Of a stretch of 64,000 bases of DNA, positions 39,545 to 49,632 are shown one piece after another. Both the position numbers and the translations under genes were made by a program. This stretch comes from a virus (taxonomy: Duplodnaviria > Caudoviricetes): positions 64,001 to 128,000 of the IMG/VR virus record IMGVR_UViG_3300031555_004294; one strand, given 5' to 3'. Below the pieces are notes generated by a model. That model was not told where the DNA came from. It saw only the letters and a list, made by a program, of their open reading frames with translations, and did not search any database. The stretch's first letter is position 1, and each line of letters begins with the position of its first letter.

Positions 39545-40780
39545 ATGTTTTTAACTGAAACTGTAAATAATAAAACAGTAAAGTATGATGAAGCTAAGAT
39601 TGAGCCTGGTTTCTTATATGAAGCTGTTTTAGAAGCTAATGAGCAATACCATGATATTTGCATGAAGATGATTAAATGCGAACATCACTGTATTGTCACT
39701 GAAGATGCTAAAATGTTATCTGAAGCTGAAGAAGAAGCTAAGAGATCTTTTAAGGAAGTCATTGTTAACTTACTGAAGAAGATTAAGGAAGCTTTAGTTA
39801 ACTTTAAGAATTTCATGGTAGCACAACTAGCTAAGCTTGGCAAGATGGTTGCAAGAGTTGTTAGTGCTCCTGTACGTGGCGTTATTGCTATTGTTGGTGG
39901 TATTCGTACTTTAAGACAGGCTAGAAAAGATATTGAGGCAATCATTAGTTGGAATGGTGATAATCCTGATGATTGGGTTATTGAGGGAGAATATTATGAA
40001 GAGGCAGAAGATGTAGCTGGTGAGGCAGTTGATGCTAAGCAGGCTGTTAATGAAGCTAAGGGTATTTTTGAAAAACTCAAGGTTGCTGTTTCTAAGTTAA
40101 ACTTCCTTAAATCTTCTGCAGAAAAAGCAGCTAACGAAGGTGATGAACATCAGGCTAAGGCAAAATTAGCTGCTATTTCTTCTAAGATTTCCAAGGCATT
40201 TGCTAAAGTTCGTAACGCCTTTAAGGTTGCTACTATGGCTGTTTGGAATGCTATGAAGACTGCTGGCAAGGCTGTTGCTGATACTTCTAAGAAGGCAGCT
40301 GGTGCTGTTAAGGCTAAGGTTGGTAAGAAGGCTCCTGAAGCAGTTGCTGAGTCTGTAGAAACTAATGAAGTTGAAGCTCCTGAGATTTTCTTAGAGGATA
40401 TGCTGTATTTCTTTTCTGCAAATGACTCTTTAACTGAGTCAACTAATGTAATGACCCCTGTTTACCTTCTTTACCAGAGCTACACTGGTCACTCTATGAG
40501 AAGATACGCTCAGTTAGAGGATTCCTTTAACAAGATGAAGAATGAGGGTGATCGTAGACGTCTTAAGGGTAGAATTAGACGTTCTATTGCTTCTGCAGAA
40601 AAGGCATTAGATACTTCTAACTTAGGACAGGTTGAAAAATTATTAAAGCCTACTGCAATACCTGGTGCTGGCATTGTAAAGGTTGTTGCTAAGAACCTAC
40701 CTGCTTGTAAGAGAAAGACTAACGAATACTTAGAAAAGTTACGTTCTCTCTTAAAGAAGGTTGAAGAAAAGAAATTTTGA
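39545..40780 (+). CDS. putative internal head protein
   Basis: AACA-N6-TA at 39473-39484; N-terminus (KMIKCEH...ED..ML..AEEE) shared with 41734-43248. Confidence 0.55.
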   Translation: MFLTETVNNKTVKYDEAKIEPGFLYEAVLEANEQYHDICMKMIKCEHHCIVTEDAKMLSEAEEEAKRSFKEVIVNLLKKIKEALVNFKNFMVAQLAKLGKMVARVVSAPVRGVIAIVGGIRTLRQARKDIEAIISWNGDNPDDWVIEGEYYEEAEDVAGEAVDAKQAVNEAKGIFEKLKVAVSKLNFLKSSAEKAANEGDEHQAKAKLAAISSKISKAFAKVRNAFKVATMAVWNAMKTAGKAVADTSKKAAGAVKAKVGKKAPEAVAESVETNEVEAPEIFLEDMLYFFSANDSLTESTNVMTPVYLLYQSYTGHSMRRYAQLEDSFNKMKNEGDRRRLKGRIRRSIASAEKALDTSNLGQVEKLLKPTAIPGAGIVKVVAKNLPACKRKTNEYLEKLRSLLKKVEEKKF

Positions 40781-40802
40781 TAAGTAATTTCTCATAAAAA
40801 AT

Positions 40803-40832
40803 AGGAAGTAAGGTTTTATAACCTTACTTCCT
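40803..40832. terminator. hairpin terminator
   Basis: AGGAAGTAAGGTT-loop-AACCTTACTTCCT. Confidence 0.65.
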
Positions 40833-40895
40833 GCTTAATTAAAAAAAAATAGATAGAGATATGGACAGTGTATGCTCCATATCTCACTTTAAAAT

Positions 40896-41567
40896 TTATT
40901 CTGTTACTTCCTCTTCATCACTGAAGCAGAACTTTATTATAACATCTTGTTCCTCACTATCAAATAATTCTACATTTTTCTTTAGTATTTCCAAAATACT
41001 ATTTTTCTCATTTTTCATTTTTTCATTTACTGCTTCTAAATGACTATTTCTAGCATCGTACTTTTTATTAGTAGTCTCTTGTTCTACTATTTTGGTCATT
41101 AACTTGTCATTTGTTTTTTGTAATTTAGAAATACTATTTTTTAGTTTTGATACTTTAGTTTCCAATTCTTCTACATTTTTAGCTTTTTGTTCATCATTTT
41201 TCTTTTTTAGAGTTTCTAAATCATCTGACATTACTTCATATATTTTGTCAGCAATATTTAAAGCAGACTCTAGTGTAGGTTCTTCATTAAGCGTGACAAC
41301 ATCGTTACCACTTTCAGTAGTTGTAAAAGGAATAACATTATTTGCATCATCAGGAATATCACTGTTTTCAGTAATAACTTCTTGTTCACTAGTCTCTATT
41401 GCTTTAGTGTCTTTCTTTTTCTTAGACCAGAAGAACTTAAATGGCTTATCCTCCTTTACTATAAAAACTACTTCCTCTGGTAATTGATATTTATTAGCTA
41501 CAACTATGAAGTCAATAATTTCTTCCATTTCTTTTGCACTACATTTTGCTTTGAATGATTTAATCAT
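40896..41567 (-). CDS. coiled-coil hypothetical protein
   Basis: AAGGAG RBS before ATG 41567; heptad-rich C-terminal half. Confidence 0.65.
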   Translation of the reverse strand: MIKSFKAKCSAKEMEEIIDFIVVANKYQLPEEVVFIVKEDKPFKFFWSKKKKDTKAIETSEQEVITENSDIPDDANNVIPFTTTESGNDVVTLNEEPTLESALNIADKIYEVMSDDLETLKKKNDEQKAKNVEELETKVSKLKNSISKLQKTNDKLMTKIVEQETTNKKYDARNSHLEAVNEKMKNEKNSILEILKKNVELFDSEEQDVIIKFCFSDEEEVTE

Positions 41568-41733
41568 AATTTTATTTCTCCTTTTTTTTTTATTATGTGG
41601 AGATGAAGATACCACTATGTATGCTATAAAGATATATAGATATAATGGGGTATTATACGTTTTTCATAAATAACCCCAAAAAACAATAAAATAATGAACC
41701 AATAGGAAATACGTTAGAAAGGAAATATAGATT

Positions 41734-43248
41734 ATGTTAGACACTTTAGTAATAGATTCGTATGAGAGTTTATTAGAATATCAGGCTCTTATTCATGATC
41801 TTGATATAAAGATGATAAAATGTGAGCATGCTGCTATAATGAATGAAGACAGTACTATGTTAGCATTAGCTGAAGAAGAATATAATTCCAAACTTAAAGA
41901 AATACTCAAAACTATTTGGAATAAGATTATAGAAAAAATTGAAGAATTTATAATTCTTATGAGAAAGTTGATAAATAAATTTAGAACTGCATTTTTATTG
42001 AGCAAAGAATTTAAAACTCAACTTGATAACATAGTCAATCATGATGGAGAAATTAAGAATCTCAATGACATAATTTTTAAAACTAACAAAGCAAAGACAT
42101 ATCACCATCCAATTGAGGGAGACGCAGTACATATCAAATCCTTAGAAAAGACAAATGTTGCCTTTCAAGATTCATATGAAATTTTAAGTGATCCTAAAGC
42201 ATTTGATGAAAAGTTAAGGTCATCATTTGATAAAGTAATTTTCATTAATAAATTTGATGAAAATATGGCTAAAGTTGTCTTAGAGAATTTTTCTAAATTT
42301 AGAAAAGATAGTGGAAATATAAAACATTCTATGCTTGAAAAGAATGACATTATAAATGCTTATCATGTCTTAGTTAAATTTGGACCAGAATGGATTAAAC
42401 TATTTGAAAATGCTCGTAGGAAGGCTAAAGAACAGTCTAGAATGGTATTTAGTCCTAATCCAGATAGACATGCTGCTTTACAGGCTAGTATCTTCCAGAG
42501 AATGATTAATAAAGGTATCATGTATATTCAGTCAGTTATGACGGCTTGTTTTAAAATTTGTTATGCTATTAAAAGGATAAATCTACCAAATAGTAACATC
42601 AATATTTCAGAAGAAAAAAAGAAAATTTTAATAGAAATTGAAAAATTGGAACGAAAACCAAATAAACAAAAGGCAATTAAACTTTTAAATTGGATTGAAA
42701 AATTGAAAAAGTTATTTGATAATAGAAAACTAAATGAGGGATTTTCTGATGAATTAACTCTAGAAAATTTGGCTGAAAGAGTTATAAAGACAATGTTAAT
42801 TAAACAGGTGCATATAAATAAATTACTTCAAATTTTAGACAATGATAATAACTTTGAACTTGATCTTAAAGTAATTGAGAGGTTGTATAAGAATAAAAAA
42901 CTTAAAGACCCTATAAGCAGAAAGTTTTGTTATTATACAGCTCTAATTTCATCGATGGTATTATTCAAAAATGGAATTAAACATAAAATTTCATTTGGTA
43001 GTTCAATTGATATTAAAAAGATTGCGGCTTCAAATACAATATACATCATACATGGTTGGGTTAAGGATTCAGACGGTAATATATATGAATCAAATATGAA
43101 TGAATATGCATTGGGAGAATTGATTGGTGATAGATATATTAGATTGCCAGCAATTTCTGTGACAATAGATGATTTTACTTTATCAAAAGATGAATATAAA
43201 AATTTGATAAGAAAAGAATTAATTGAAAAAGTACAAGAATTAATTTAA
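41734..43248 (+). CDS. putative internal head protein with C-terminal transglutaminase/papain-like domain
   Basis: N-terminus shared with 39545-40780; C-terminal CYYTAL...HGWV..DG pattern; AACA-N6-TA at 41682-41693. Confidence 0.5.
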   Translation: MLDTLVIDSYESLLEYQALIHDLDIKMIKCEHAAIMNEDSTMLALAEEEYNSKLKEILKTIWNKIIEKIEEFIILMRKLINKFRTAFLLSKEFKTQLDNIVNHDGEIKNLNDIIFKTNKAKTYHHPIEGDAVHIKSLEKTNVAFQDSYEILSDPKAFDEKLRSSFDKVIFINKFDENMAKVVLENFSKFRKDSGNIKHSMLEKNDIINAYHVLVKFGPEWIKLFENARRKAKEQSRMVFSPNPDRHAALQASIFQRMINKGIMYIQSVMTACFKICYAIKRINLPNSNINISEEKKKILIEIEKLERKPNKQKAIKLLNWIEKLKKLFDNRKLNEGFSDELTLENLAERVIKTMLIKQVHINKLLQILDNDNNFELDLKVIERLYKNKKLKDPISRKFCYYTALISSMVLFKNGIKHKISFGSSIDIKKIAASNTIYIIHGWVKDSDGNIYESNMNEYALGELIGDRYIRLPAISVTIDDFTLSKDEYKNLIRKELIEKVQELI

Positions 43249-43358
43249 TTTTTAGAGTATAACCTCATAAACGGTTATACTCTAACTTTCTTAACCTTTA
43301 AAACACCCTTCCAACATTCCATTATAAAATAACAAAGGAAAGGAGGAAATAACATTTT

Positions 43359-43982
43359 ATGACTGTAAACAATAGTTACATCATAGATACTCAAACCACC
43401 AATAAATCATTCAAACGAATGTATAAGATACTCAAAACTATTGGAGTTAAGAATAATAAATTCTTCTTAAAACTTTATGATACTAGTTTGCAAGGAGTAA
43501 ATCCTAGAGATGAAGCCAATTTAACTAAAGAACAGAAGATGCGTATACTAGCAGAATGTAAACGTAATCCTTGGTATTTCTTTAGAGAAGTGGTCATTCT
43601 GAATGTTGCTGGTGGTAAAAAAAGATTTGAACTACATCGTGGTAACTTAGCTATTCTATGGTGTATGTTAAACAACTACAACTCAATTACTTTATTGCCT
43701 CGTCAGCATGGTAAAACGGTTTCTACAGTATGTGGTTTTGTTTGGTTATATACCTTTGGTACAGAAAACTCAAACATACTCTTTATGAATAAAGACTTTG
43801 GTGGTTCAAAGAACAACCTAAAGCTATTCAAAGATATCTATGACAATTTACCTTCCTATCTTAAAAATAGAAACAAAAATGACAAAGACAATGTAGAATT
43901 CATTGTCAATGCAACTACTGGTAACACTATTCGTGCAATTTCATCGGCTATTAGTGCAGCTGAAGCAGATAAGCGAGGACGT
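43359..43982 (+). CDS. terL: terminase large subunit, exon 1
   Basis: ECKRNPWYFFREV and Walker A LPRQHGKT; ends DKRGR at the intron boundary; AACA-N6-TA at 43313-43324. Confidence 0.9.
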
Positions 43983-44669
43983 AAATTTAACTGCGTTTCA
44001 ATAGCATAAACTATTGTCAAAAATTTCTTAATTGCTGGGAACATACAAAAAATTTGTACTATCAGCAGTCATTTATAAAAAAAAAAAGAAAGCCTTATAG
44101 AGACTTTCTTTTTTGTATGGAAATACTTTATTCTGTAACTTCCTCAACAGTTGTTTCTTCTGTAAGAGTATCAGGTTTAATTTCTACCAACTCTTCTTCA
44201 GAAGTAACTTCCTCAGTTACAGTTCCTTCATCGTTATTTTCAGTTTCAGCATTTGCTACATCAGATTGGATTTCCTCCAAGATGTTAGCAACCTGTTCCT
44301 TGAGCTTTGCCTTCTTCTTCTTTCTGATGTGGCAAACAGTACCTACTGCTCCTGCAACCAAAGCAACAGCTCCTACTCCAATAGCGATTACACCAATAGT
44401 CTTTCCGTTCATTTTTTAGTTCTCCTTTTTAAATAAAAATTTTTGTTAGAATAATTTATGTATTTCCTTCTAACTCACAATAAGAATATATATTTGAAAA
44501 GTTGAACTTTACGATTTTTATAAATGATTCAACGACTATATATTACATTCAGAATTTGAATGGAAATTGAAATGATCCTTAACACTAGGATTTTGATATA
44601 GTCTCAACTTCTATGGAAACATAGAGAATATTTTACATGAACTAATGACTCATGTATCAAGATTTTTTG
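43983..44669 (+). mobile_element. group I intron (687 nt) in terminase, with an antisense gene in the P6 loop
   Basis: Exon end GGACGU pairs with IGS GCGUUU. P AAUUGCUGGGAA (44030-44041), Q AUCAGCAG (44061-44068), R UUCAACGACUAUA (44528-44540), S GAUAUAGUCU (44595-44604), P9 CUAUG-GAAA-CAUAG, terminal G 44669. Join restores RGR-GLTSPLIYYDE. Confidence 0.93.
44128..44412 (-). CDS. small single-pass membrane protein (terminase intron cargo)
   Basis: AAGGAG RBS, N-terminal TM, basic patch, acidic tail; early-type motif at 44483-44494 and hairpin at about 44082-44114. Confidence 0.8.
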   Translation of the reverse strand: MNGKTIGVIAIGVGAVALVAGAVGTVCHIRKKKKAKLKEQVANILEEIQSDVANAETENNDEGTVTEEVTSEEELVEIKPDTLTEETTVEEVTE

Positions 44670-46109
44670 GGTTTAACCTCACCTCTTATCTACTACGATG
44701 AATTTGCTTTCTTAAAGTTTAACAAAATCCTTTGGCAAGCAGCTGCACCTGCACAGGGTCAGGCAAGAGAAGAAGCTCGTCGAAATAAATCATTCTACTC
44801 AGCAACTATAACTACTACACCAAACAATATAGATAACAATCCTGAATCAGAAGGAACTTGGTGTAAGTCAGAAATGGTTGATAAAGCATGTCGCTTTGAT
44901 GAAGCCATGTATGACTGGACTAGAGAAGAAGTTCTTGAATGTCTGGCTAAGAAATCTGATAACGACTTTTTATACATTGAGTTTTCTTACAAACAACTTG
45001 GTCGTGATGAAGTATGGTATAAAGAAAACTGTCGTGCATTAAATAACGACCTTCTTAAAATCAAACGTGAAATTCTTCTTGAATGGACAAAAGCATCTGA
45101 CGTATCAGTATTCTCTGAGGAACAGTTAGTTGCAATAGAAAAGCATTTGAAAGAACCAGTATCTAAATTAGTCATTGACAGATATTGGTCTATTGATCTT
45201 TATAGAACAGACTTTGATTATCTTAAACCTTGGGTAATTTCTTGTGACGTTGGTACTGGCCTTTCGCAAGACGCTTCTGCTATAACTATCTTCCATCCTA
45301 TAACATTTGAAATCATAGGTGAATTTAGAGAGAATAAAATAGATACAGAAGACTACAAGCATTTACTTGAGAAGTTGGTTGGCTTCTGGTTCCGTAATTC
45401 ATTGCTTACCATAGAGAACAACTCTATTGGTATAACGATCATACAGTACTTAATGCGAACAGTTGTAGCTAAGAACTTGTACTATGAATACAAGGATCGA
45501 AAAGGTACTAAGATAGAGAAATCTAAGACTGAGTTAACACATGTTAGTAAAAAAGAAAAGGTACAAGTTTATGGTATTTCAACTACAAGTAATTCCTCTG
45601 GTAGTGGTAGCCGTGACTTAATGTTAGAAATTTTGAACGATACTATAAACACACAACCTGAATTATTAGCAACACCCAACCTATTCTCGGATATTAAGGG
45701 ATTAGAGAGAGATAATAAAGGAAAGATCGGCCATGGTCTTGGTCTCCACGACGACTCTCTCTTTTCTTATTTAGTTGGACGTTACACTCTAGCTTATGGT
45801 ACTAACTTAGCTCGTTTCCAAATGCCAGTAGATGGTAAAGAACCTGCAGATAGAAAGGCTAGTATGGCACGTATGTCACATAATTTACAAGAAGCCAATA
45901 GACTATCAGTTAGACCTGGTGCTACTAAAGCATTCGGTTATAATGGATTAGCAAATCAAGAAATTGAACAAGCTAGCTACTTAGAATTAAGAAAACAAAT
46001 AGATGCTGGTGGTAGAATTGGTGTTTATACTAGTATAAGTCAAATTGAGGAATTAGATAAGAAAAGTAAATACCGACTATTAAGTTCTGACATTTGGGAT
46101 AACAAATAA
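44670..46109 (+). CDS. terL: terminase large subunit, exon 2 (spliced product 687 aa)
   Basis: Walker B IYYDEFAF, motif III TTTP, nuclease motifs CDVGTG..QDAS, IENNSIG and HDDSL. Confidence 0.9.
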   Translation, partial: GLTSPLIYYDEFAFLKFNKILWQAAAPAQGQAREEARRNKSFYSATITTTPNNIDNNPESEGTWCKSEMVDKACRFDEAMYDWTREEVLECLAKKSDNDFLYIEFSYKQLGRDEVWYKENCRALNNDLLKIKREILLEWTKASDVSVFSEEQLVAIEKHLKEPVSKLVIDRYWSIDLYRTDFDYLKPWVISCDVGTGLSQDASAITIFHPITFEIIGEFRENKIDTEDYKHLLEKLVGFWFRNSLLTIENNSIGITIIQYLMRTVVAKNLYYEYKDRKGTKIEKSKTELTHVSKKEKVQVYGISTTSNSSGSGSRDLMLEILNDTINTQPELLATPNLFSDIKGLERDNKGKIGHGLGLHDDSLFSYLVGRYTLAYGTNLARFQMPVDGKEPADRKASMARMSHNLQEANRLSVRPGATKAFGYNGLANQEIEQASYLELRKQIDAGGRIGVYTSISQIEELDKKSKYRLLSSDIWDNK

Positions 46110-46208
46110 CAAACATACTTCTGGATTTAACCAAATCTTTTATAGGTTAAATCCAGAAGTTTAATCTCAACAAAAAATTATAGAATACAAATTTCATACA
46201 AGATTGGA

Positions 46209-46940
46209 GTGTTTATATACGTTATGAGCAAAAAACATACTTTTGTAGATGAAAATGAATACCGTAAAAATCCACCTAAAACTTTAGATGAACATCTTTT
46301 TTATGGTTTGATGTTGGATGAAAGTCAGAAAAAGTTTAGAGATGCTATTTGGAACCCTGAAAAGCTTATAGTGTTTGCTAATTGCAAAGCTGGTACTGGT
46401 AAATCAACAATTGCAGTTGCAACTGCTAACTTGCTAGTCGAGTATGGTTTGTACAAGGGAATAGTCTACATAACAGCTCCAACGCAGGAACAAAAGTTAG
46501 GATATCTTCCTGGTAGTATTGAGGATAAAACTGAACCTTACTTTGAGCCTTTATATGAAGCTCTGGTAAAATTGAACTTAAATCCCTTCAATATTGTTAA
46601 CCAAACGTCTATAATGCTTCAAAAAACTGGAAATGGTTACATTGATGCATTAACGCATGTATATCTACGTGGTTGTAACCTTGAAAATAAGGTCATTATC
46701 TTGGATGAAGCACAGAACTTATACTTTGACGAAATGAAGAAAGTTTTAACTCGTATTCATGATAACTGTAAAGTCATAGTAATAGGACATTGTGGTCAGA
46801 TAGATTTGTATCATAATCCTGAACGTAGTGGTTTTGCTAAATATATTAATTGGTTTAAAGACGATCCTAGAACTGAAGTATGTGAACTTAATAAGAATTA
46901 TCGTGGTTGGATTAGTACTCATGCAGATGATCTAGAATGA
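46209..46940 (+). CDS. phoH: PhoH-like ATPase
   Basis: AGTGKST, LGYLPG, YLRG, IILDEAQN and GHCGQID motifs. Confidence 0.9.
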   Translation: MFIYVMSKKHTFVDENEYRKNPPKTLDEHLFYGLMLDESQKKFRDAIWNPEKLIVFANCKAGTGKSTIAVATANLLVEYGLYKGIVYITAPTQEQKLGYLPGSIEDKTEPYFEPLYEALVKLNLNPFNIVNQTSIMLQKTGNGYIDALTHVYLRGCNLENKVIILDEAQNLYFDEMKKVLTRIHDNCKVIVIGHCGQIDLYHNPERSGFAKYINWFKDDPRTEVCELNKNYRGWISTHADDLE

Positions 46941-46986
46941 TGATAAAAAAAAAGAACTAAAGGAAGTAAATTTCCTTTAGTTCTTT

Positions 46987-47511
46987 TTATAACTCTGTTC
47001 TCTTAACTTCTACTACGTCATACTTGCATTTTATGCTATCAAGTATAGACTTTACATCTCTGCTCTCATTCTTAGTCTTAGCAAAGATTTCTAGTTTACC
47101 ACCTTTTTTCATCTTACTATAATAGACACTAGTATATGTGTAAGCTATGTTTCTCTTATCTAAGATATCAACAGTCTCATACAATACTTGAATGTCCTTT
47201 ATAGTTACTGAAATTTTCCATACTTTATCTTTCTTTAGAACATCTAATAACCAAAGTGCAAAATATACACCGATCAAGTTAGTAAAGAAAGTTACTAAAG
47301 CAGCAATCCAAGTATCACATTCAGTGATCTGTTTTATAATTACTGTGTTGATTGTATAGTTGATACAATTGATTAAAGTTGCTACATTTTTACTAGCTTT
47401 GACAGTCAGAACTGTCTTTAAAGTAGAAATAACGACATTTAGCAAACTTGAAAGGAAGAAAACTAAAACAGTTACAGAAAAAAGCTCTTTTACGATTGGT
47501 TCCAAATTCAT
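46987..47511 (-). CDS. membrane protein (DUF5698/DUF2179-like)
   Basis: Three TM segments followed by a small soluble domain. Confidence 0.6.
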   Translation of the reverse strand: MNLEPIVKELFSVTVLVFFLSSLLNVVISTLKTVLTVKASKNVATLINCINYTINTVIIKQITECDTWIAALVTFFTNLIGVYFALWLLDVLKKDKVWKISVTIKDIQVLYETVDILDKRNIAYTYTSVYYSKMKKGGKLEIFAKTKNESRDVKSILDSIKCKYDVVEVKRTEL

Positions 47512-47815
47512 ATGTTACTCCTTTCCTTTTAAATTTCATCGGAATGGGTTGTTCCTTAAATTTTGTCAGTAAAAAATTAAAAACCTTATCACTAACTAGA
47601 TTCCATTTTACAAATTCGTAATATGCCCTAAAGAAATCAATTTCTGCGTCACTCTCAAAATAATATTCTGGCATTACTGATAAGAGATCTATAAAATTGC
47701 AAAAACCTCGTTCGCTTAAAAGATCCTGCGAATTATAGAACAATTGAGCTGTCTTAGATTTTGGGTAATACTTAAATGCTAAGTCAAATATCTGTTTTTT
47801 AGTTGGTTGTGGCAT
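47393..47815 (-). CDS. hypothetical protein of the TKxQxFDL family
   Basis: AGGAG RBS before ATG 47815; N-terminal TKKQIFDL; 3' end overlaps the next gene. Confidence 0.5.
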   Translation of the reverse strand: MPQPTKKQIFDLAFKYYPKSKTAQLFYNSQDLLSERGFCNFIDLLSVMPEYYFESDAEIDFFRAYYEFVKWNLVSDKVFNFLLTKFKEQPIPMKFKRKGVTYEFGTNRKRAFFCNCFSFLPFKFAKCRYFYFKDSSDCQS

Positions 47816-47875
47816 ATAATATACTCCTGTAAAATATCCCTTCTTAGAAATCATTCTAAGAAGGGATTAGTATCT

Positions 47876-48004
47876 TTAGTGTTTCTTAACACTTTCATTT
47901 AGCTTTTCTTTAGCTTCTTTTACTTTTTGTTTCTTAGTTTTTGGTAGGACTTTCTTAATCTTTTCTTTAAGACTTACTTTTTCAATTCGTTTAGGATTTA
48001 TCAT
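47876..48004 (-). CDS. 42-aa lysine-rich protein (not in ORF track)
   Basis: GGAG RBS; MINPKRIEKVSLKEKIKKVLPKTKKQKVKEAKEKLNESVKKH; followed by a hairpin. Confidence 0.55.
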   Translation of the reverse strand: MINPKRIEKVSLKEKIKKVLPKTKKQKVKEAKEKLNESVKKH

Positions 48005-48008
48005 AACT

Positions 48009-48479
48009 TTACTCCATACTGTTTATTAGTGATGTTTTAATGTTATCAGAAATCTTTTGATTCCTAAATACATTGCTCCAATTTAGTTTCCATCTGTTTC
48101 TTAATAAAAAACTTCTAGACAAATCTTGATATTGAGATATCATTTCCCAATCTACTTCATCTTCATGTTTTTCTATAAAAGTCTCTTGTAATTCTTGTAC
48201 CATACAAATATCGTGCCAGTCTACTCTATCTTTAAACTTTTCTATTAGTGCCTCTGATAGATTTTGTGTAGATGACATTAATTGGAAATCTAGGTAAGGT
48301 GCAAATCTTACTATGAACTTCTCAGTTAACTTATGTCTGACTTGTATATCCTTCCAGTACTCTTTACGATTGTACCAGGTTTCATACTTATCTTGTATTG
48401 GACTATTATAGTTACTCTTCTTTAGCAATTGGATTTCCGTCTCCATCAAGTTCATCTTTATTCTCACTTTCTGACACAT
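48009..48479 (-). CDS. tryptophan-repeat protein
   Basis: Repeats of the form LSE.FIEK.kD.VDW..I...Q. Confidence 0.7.
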   Translation of the reverse strand: MCQKVRIKMNLMETEIQLLKKSNYNSPIQDKYETWYNRKEYWKDIQVRHKLTEKFIVRFAPYLDFQLMSSTQNLSEALIEKFKDRVDWHDICMVQELQETFIEKHEDEVDWEMISQYQDLSRSFLLRNRWKLNWSNVFRNQKISDNIKTSLINSME

Positions 48480-49053
48480 TTTTAGTTGGTTTATAGGTTA
48501 GAACTTCTTCTAAATGGTCTTTTGTATAAAGGAACATCTTTGACAACACTATTGGATCCACATATGACTTCTTAAAATACACGTCGAAATCTATATAATC
48601 CTTCATCTTTAAGATAAAACCAATTGAGAAACGTTTATTTTTGCTTACCATTTGCCAATTAACTTCATCTTTGTATTTTTCAAGGAGTTTGTCATCATCA
48701 TAGAAATCTGATAATCGTGAAATATGTTTCCAATGTTTAGGTGTTAATCGACTATCATATTTCTCTAAAAATTTTTTTATTAACTGTCGTCCACTGTACT
48801 TTTCGTCATGACTCCAAAGTCCATTATTACAAACAAGTTTATCCCAATCTATAACATTTTCAAATTCTTCTACAAACTTATATTTCTTATCAATGTCACC
48901 TAGGATGTACATACGCTCTGTTATGACATCTATAGTTTCAAATGGTCTTCCTTTGTTAAGATCTTTATATTTTAGATGGTATTCTGCAAGTGGAAGATAC
49001 GTCATCAATAAATCAAATTTTTGTTTCTTTGTTAATTGTCTTCTATTTTTCAT
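48412..49053 (-). CDS. tryptophan-repeat protein
   Basis: EKYKDEVNWQMVS repeat; N-terminal LTKKQKFDL. Confidence 0.7.
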   Translation of the reverse strand: MKNRRQLTKKQKFDLLMTYLPLAEYHLKYKDLNKGRPFETIDVITERMYILGDIDKKYKFVEEFENVIDWDKLVCNNGLWSHDEKYSGRQLIKKFLEKYDSRLTPKHWKHISRLSDFYDDDKLLEKYKDEVNWQMVSKNKRFSIGFILKMKDYIDFDVYFKKSYVDPIVLSKMFLYTKDHLEEVLTYKPTKNVSESENKDELDGDGNPIAKEE

Positions 49054-49594
49054 CTGTAATTAAATCTCCATGTGACTTTAAAAAATCTTTTAATTGAATC
49101 ATAAAATCATGACGATAATAATTTTCATTTGCAAATGTAATTTCATTAACACTATCAATAAATTCTACAAATTCTTGTAGATTAAATTTTTTAGACTTGC
49201 TTATCAAATACCAATCAAGTTTATCTTTGTATTTTCTCAGAAACTTATTAAATTTCAGATATCTCTGATTTTCAGAAAAGTATTTCCAAATCTTTATTGT
49301 AAAATGTTCATGAAACAGACCTACAAATTCTATAAGTGTATCTTCATTCATCCATAAACAACATCCACCATCTAAAATTGTAGTATACCAGAGTATATTG
49401 TTCTCATATCCAGCTAAGAAATCTATTAAGCCGTCTTTGTCATTCTCAAAAATACGTCCTAATTTCAAACAAAACTGCCTTTTCAGAAAATAATCCATGT
49501 CACTGTTTATTGTAATTTCTGGATACATCTTCTGAAACATTGGTTTATAAACCATTTCCAAATCAAATATTTGTTGTTTGGTTAACTTTTTCAT
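49043..49594 (-). CDS. tryptophan-repeat protein
   Basis: RKYKDKLDWYLIS repeat; N-terminal LTKQQIFDL; AGGAG RBS. Confidence 0.7.
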   Translation of the reverse strand: MKKLTKQQIFDLEMVYKPMFQKMYPEITINSDMDYFLKRQFCLKLGRIFENDKDGLIDFLAGYENNILWYTTILDGGCCLWMNEDTLIEFVGLFHEHFTIKIWKYFSENQRYLKFNKFLRKYKDKLDWYLISKSKKFNLQEFVEFIDSVNEITFANENYYRHDFMIQLKDFLKSHGDLITDEK

Positions 49595-49632
49595 TTGTAT
49601 ATAATCTCTCCTTTTCTCTTTCTATTCAAACA

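Noticed and set aside
44054-44436. Plus-strand ORFs 44054-44419 and 44113-44436 as intron-encoded proteins
   Set aside because: Ser/Phe-rich shadows of the minus-strand gene, which has the RBS, promoter motif and terminator.
44652-44669. Separate terminase nuclease gene starting at ATG 44652
   Set aside because: These codons lie within the intron 3' end, there is no RBS, and Walker A and B must be in one chain.
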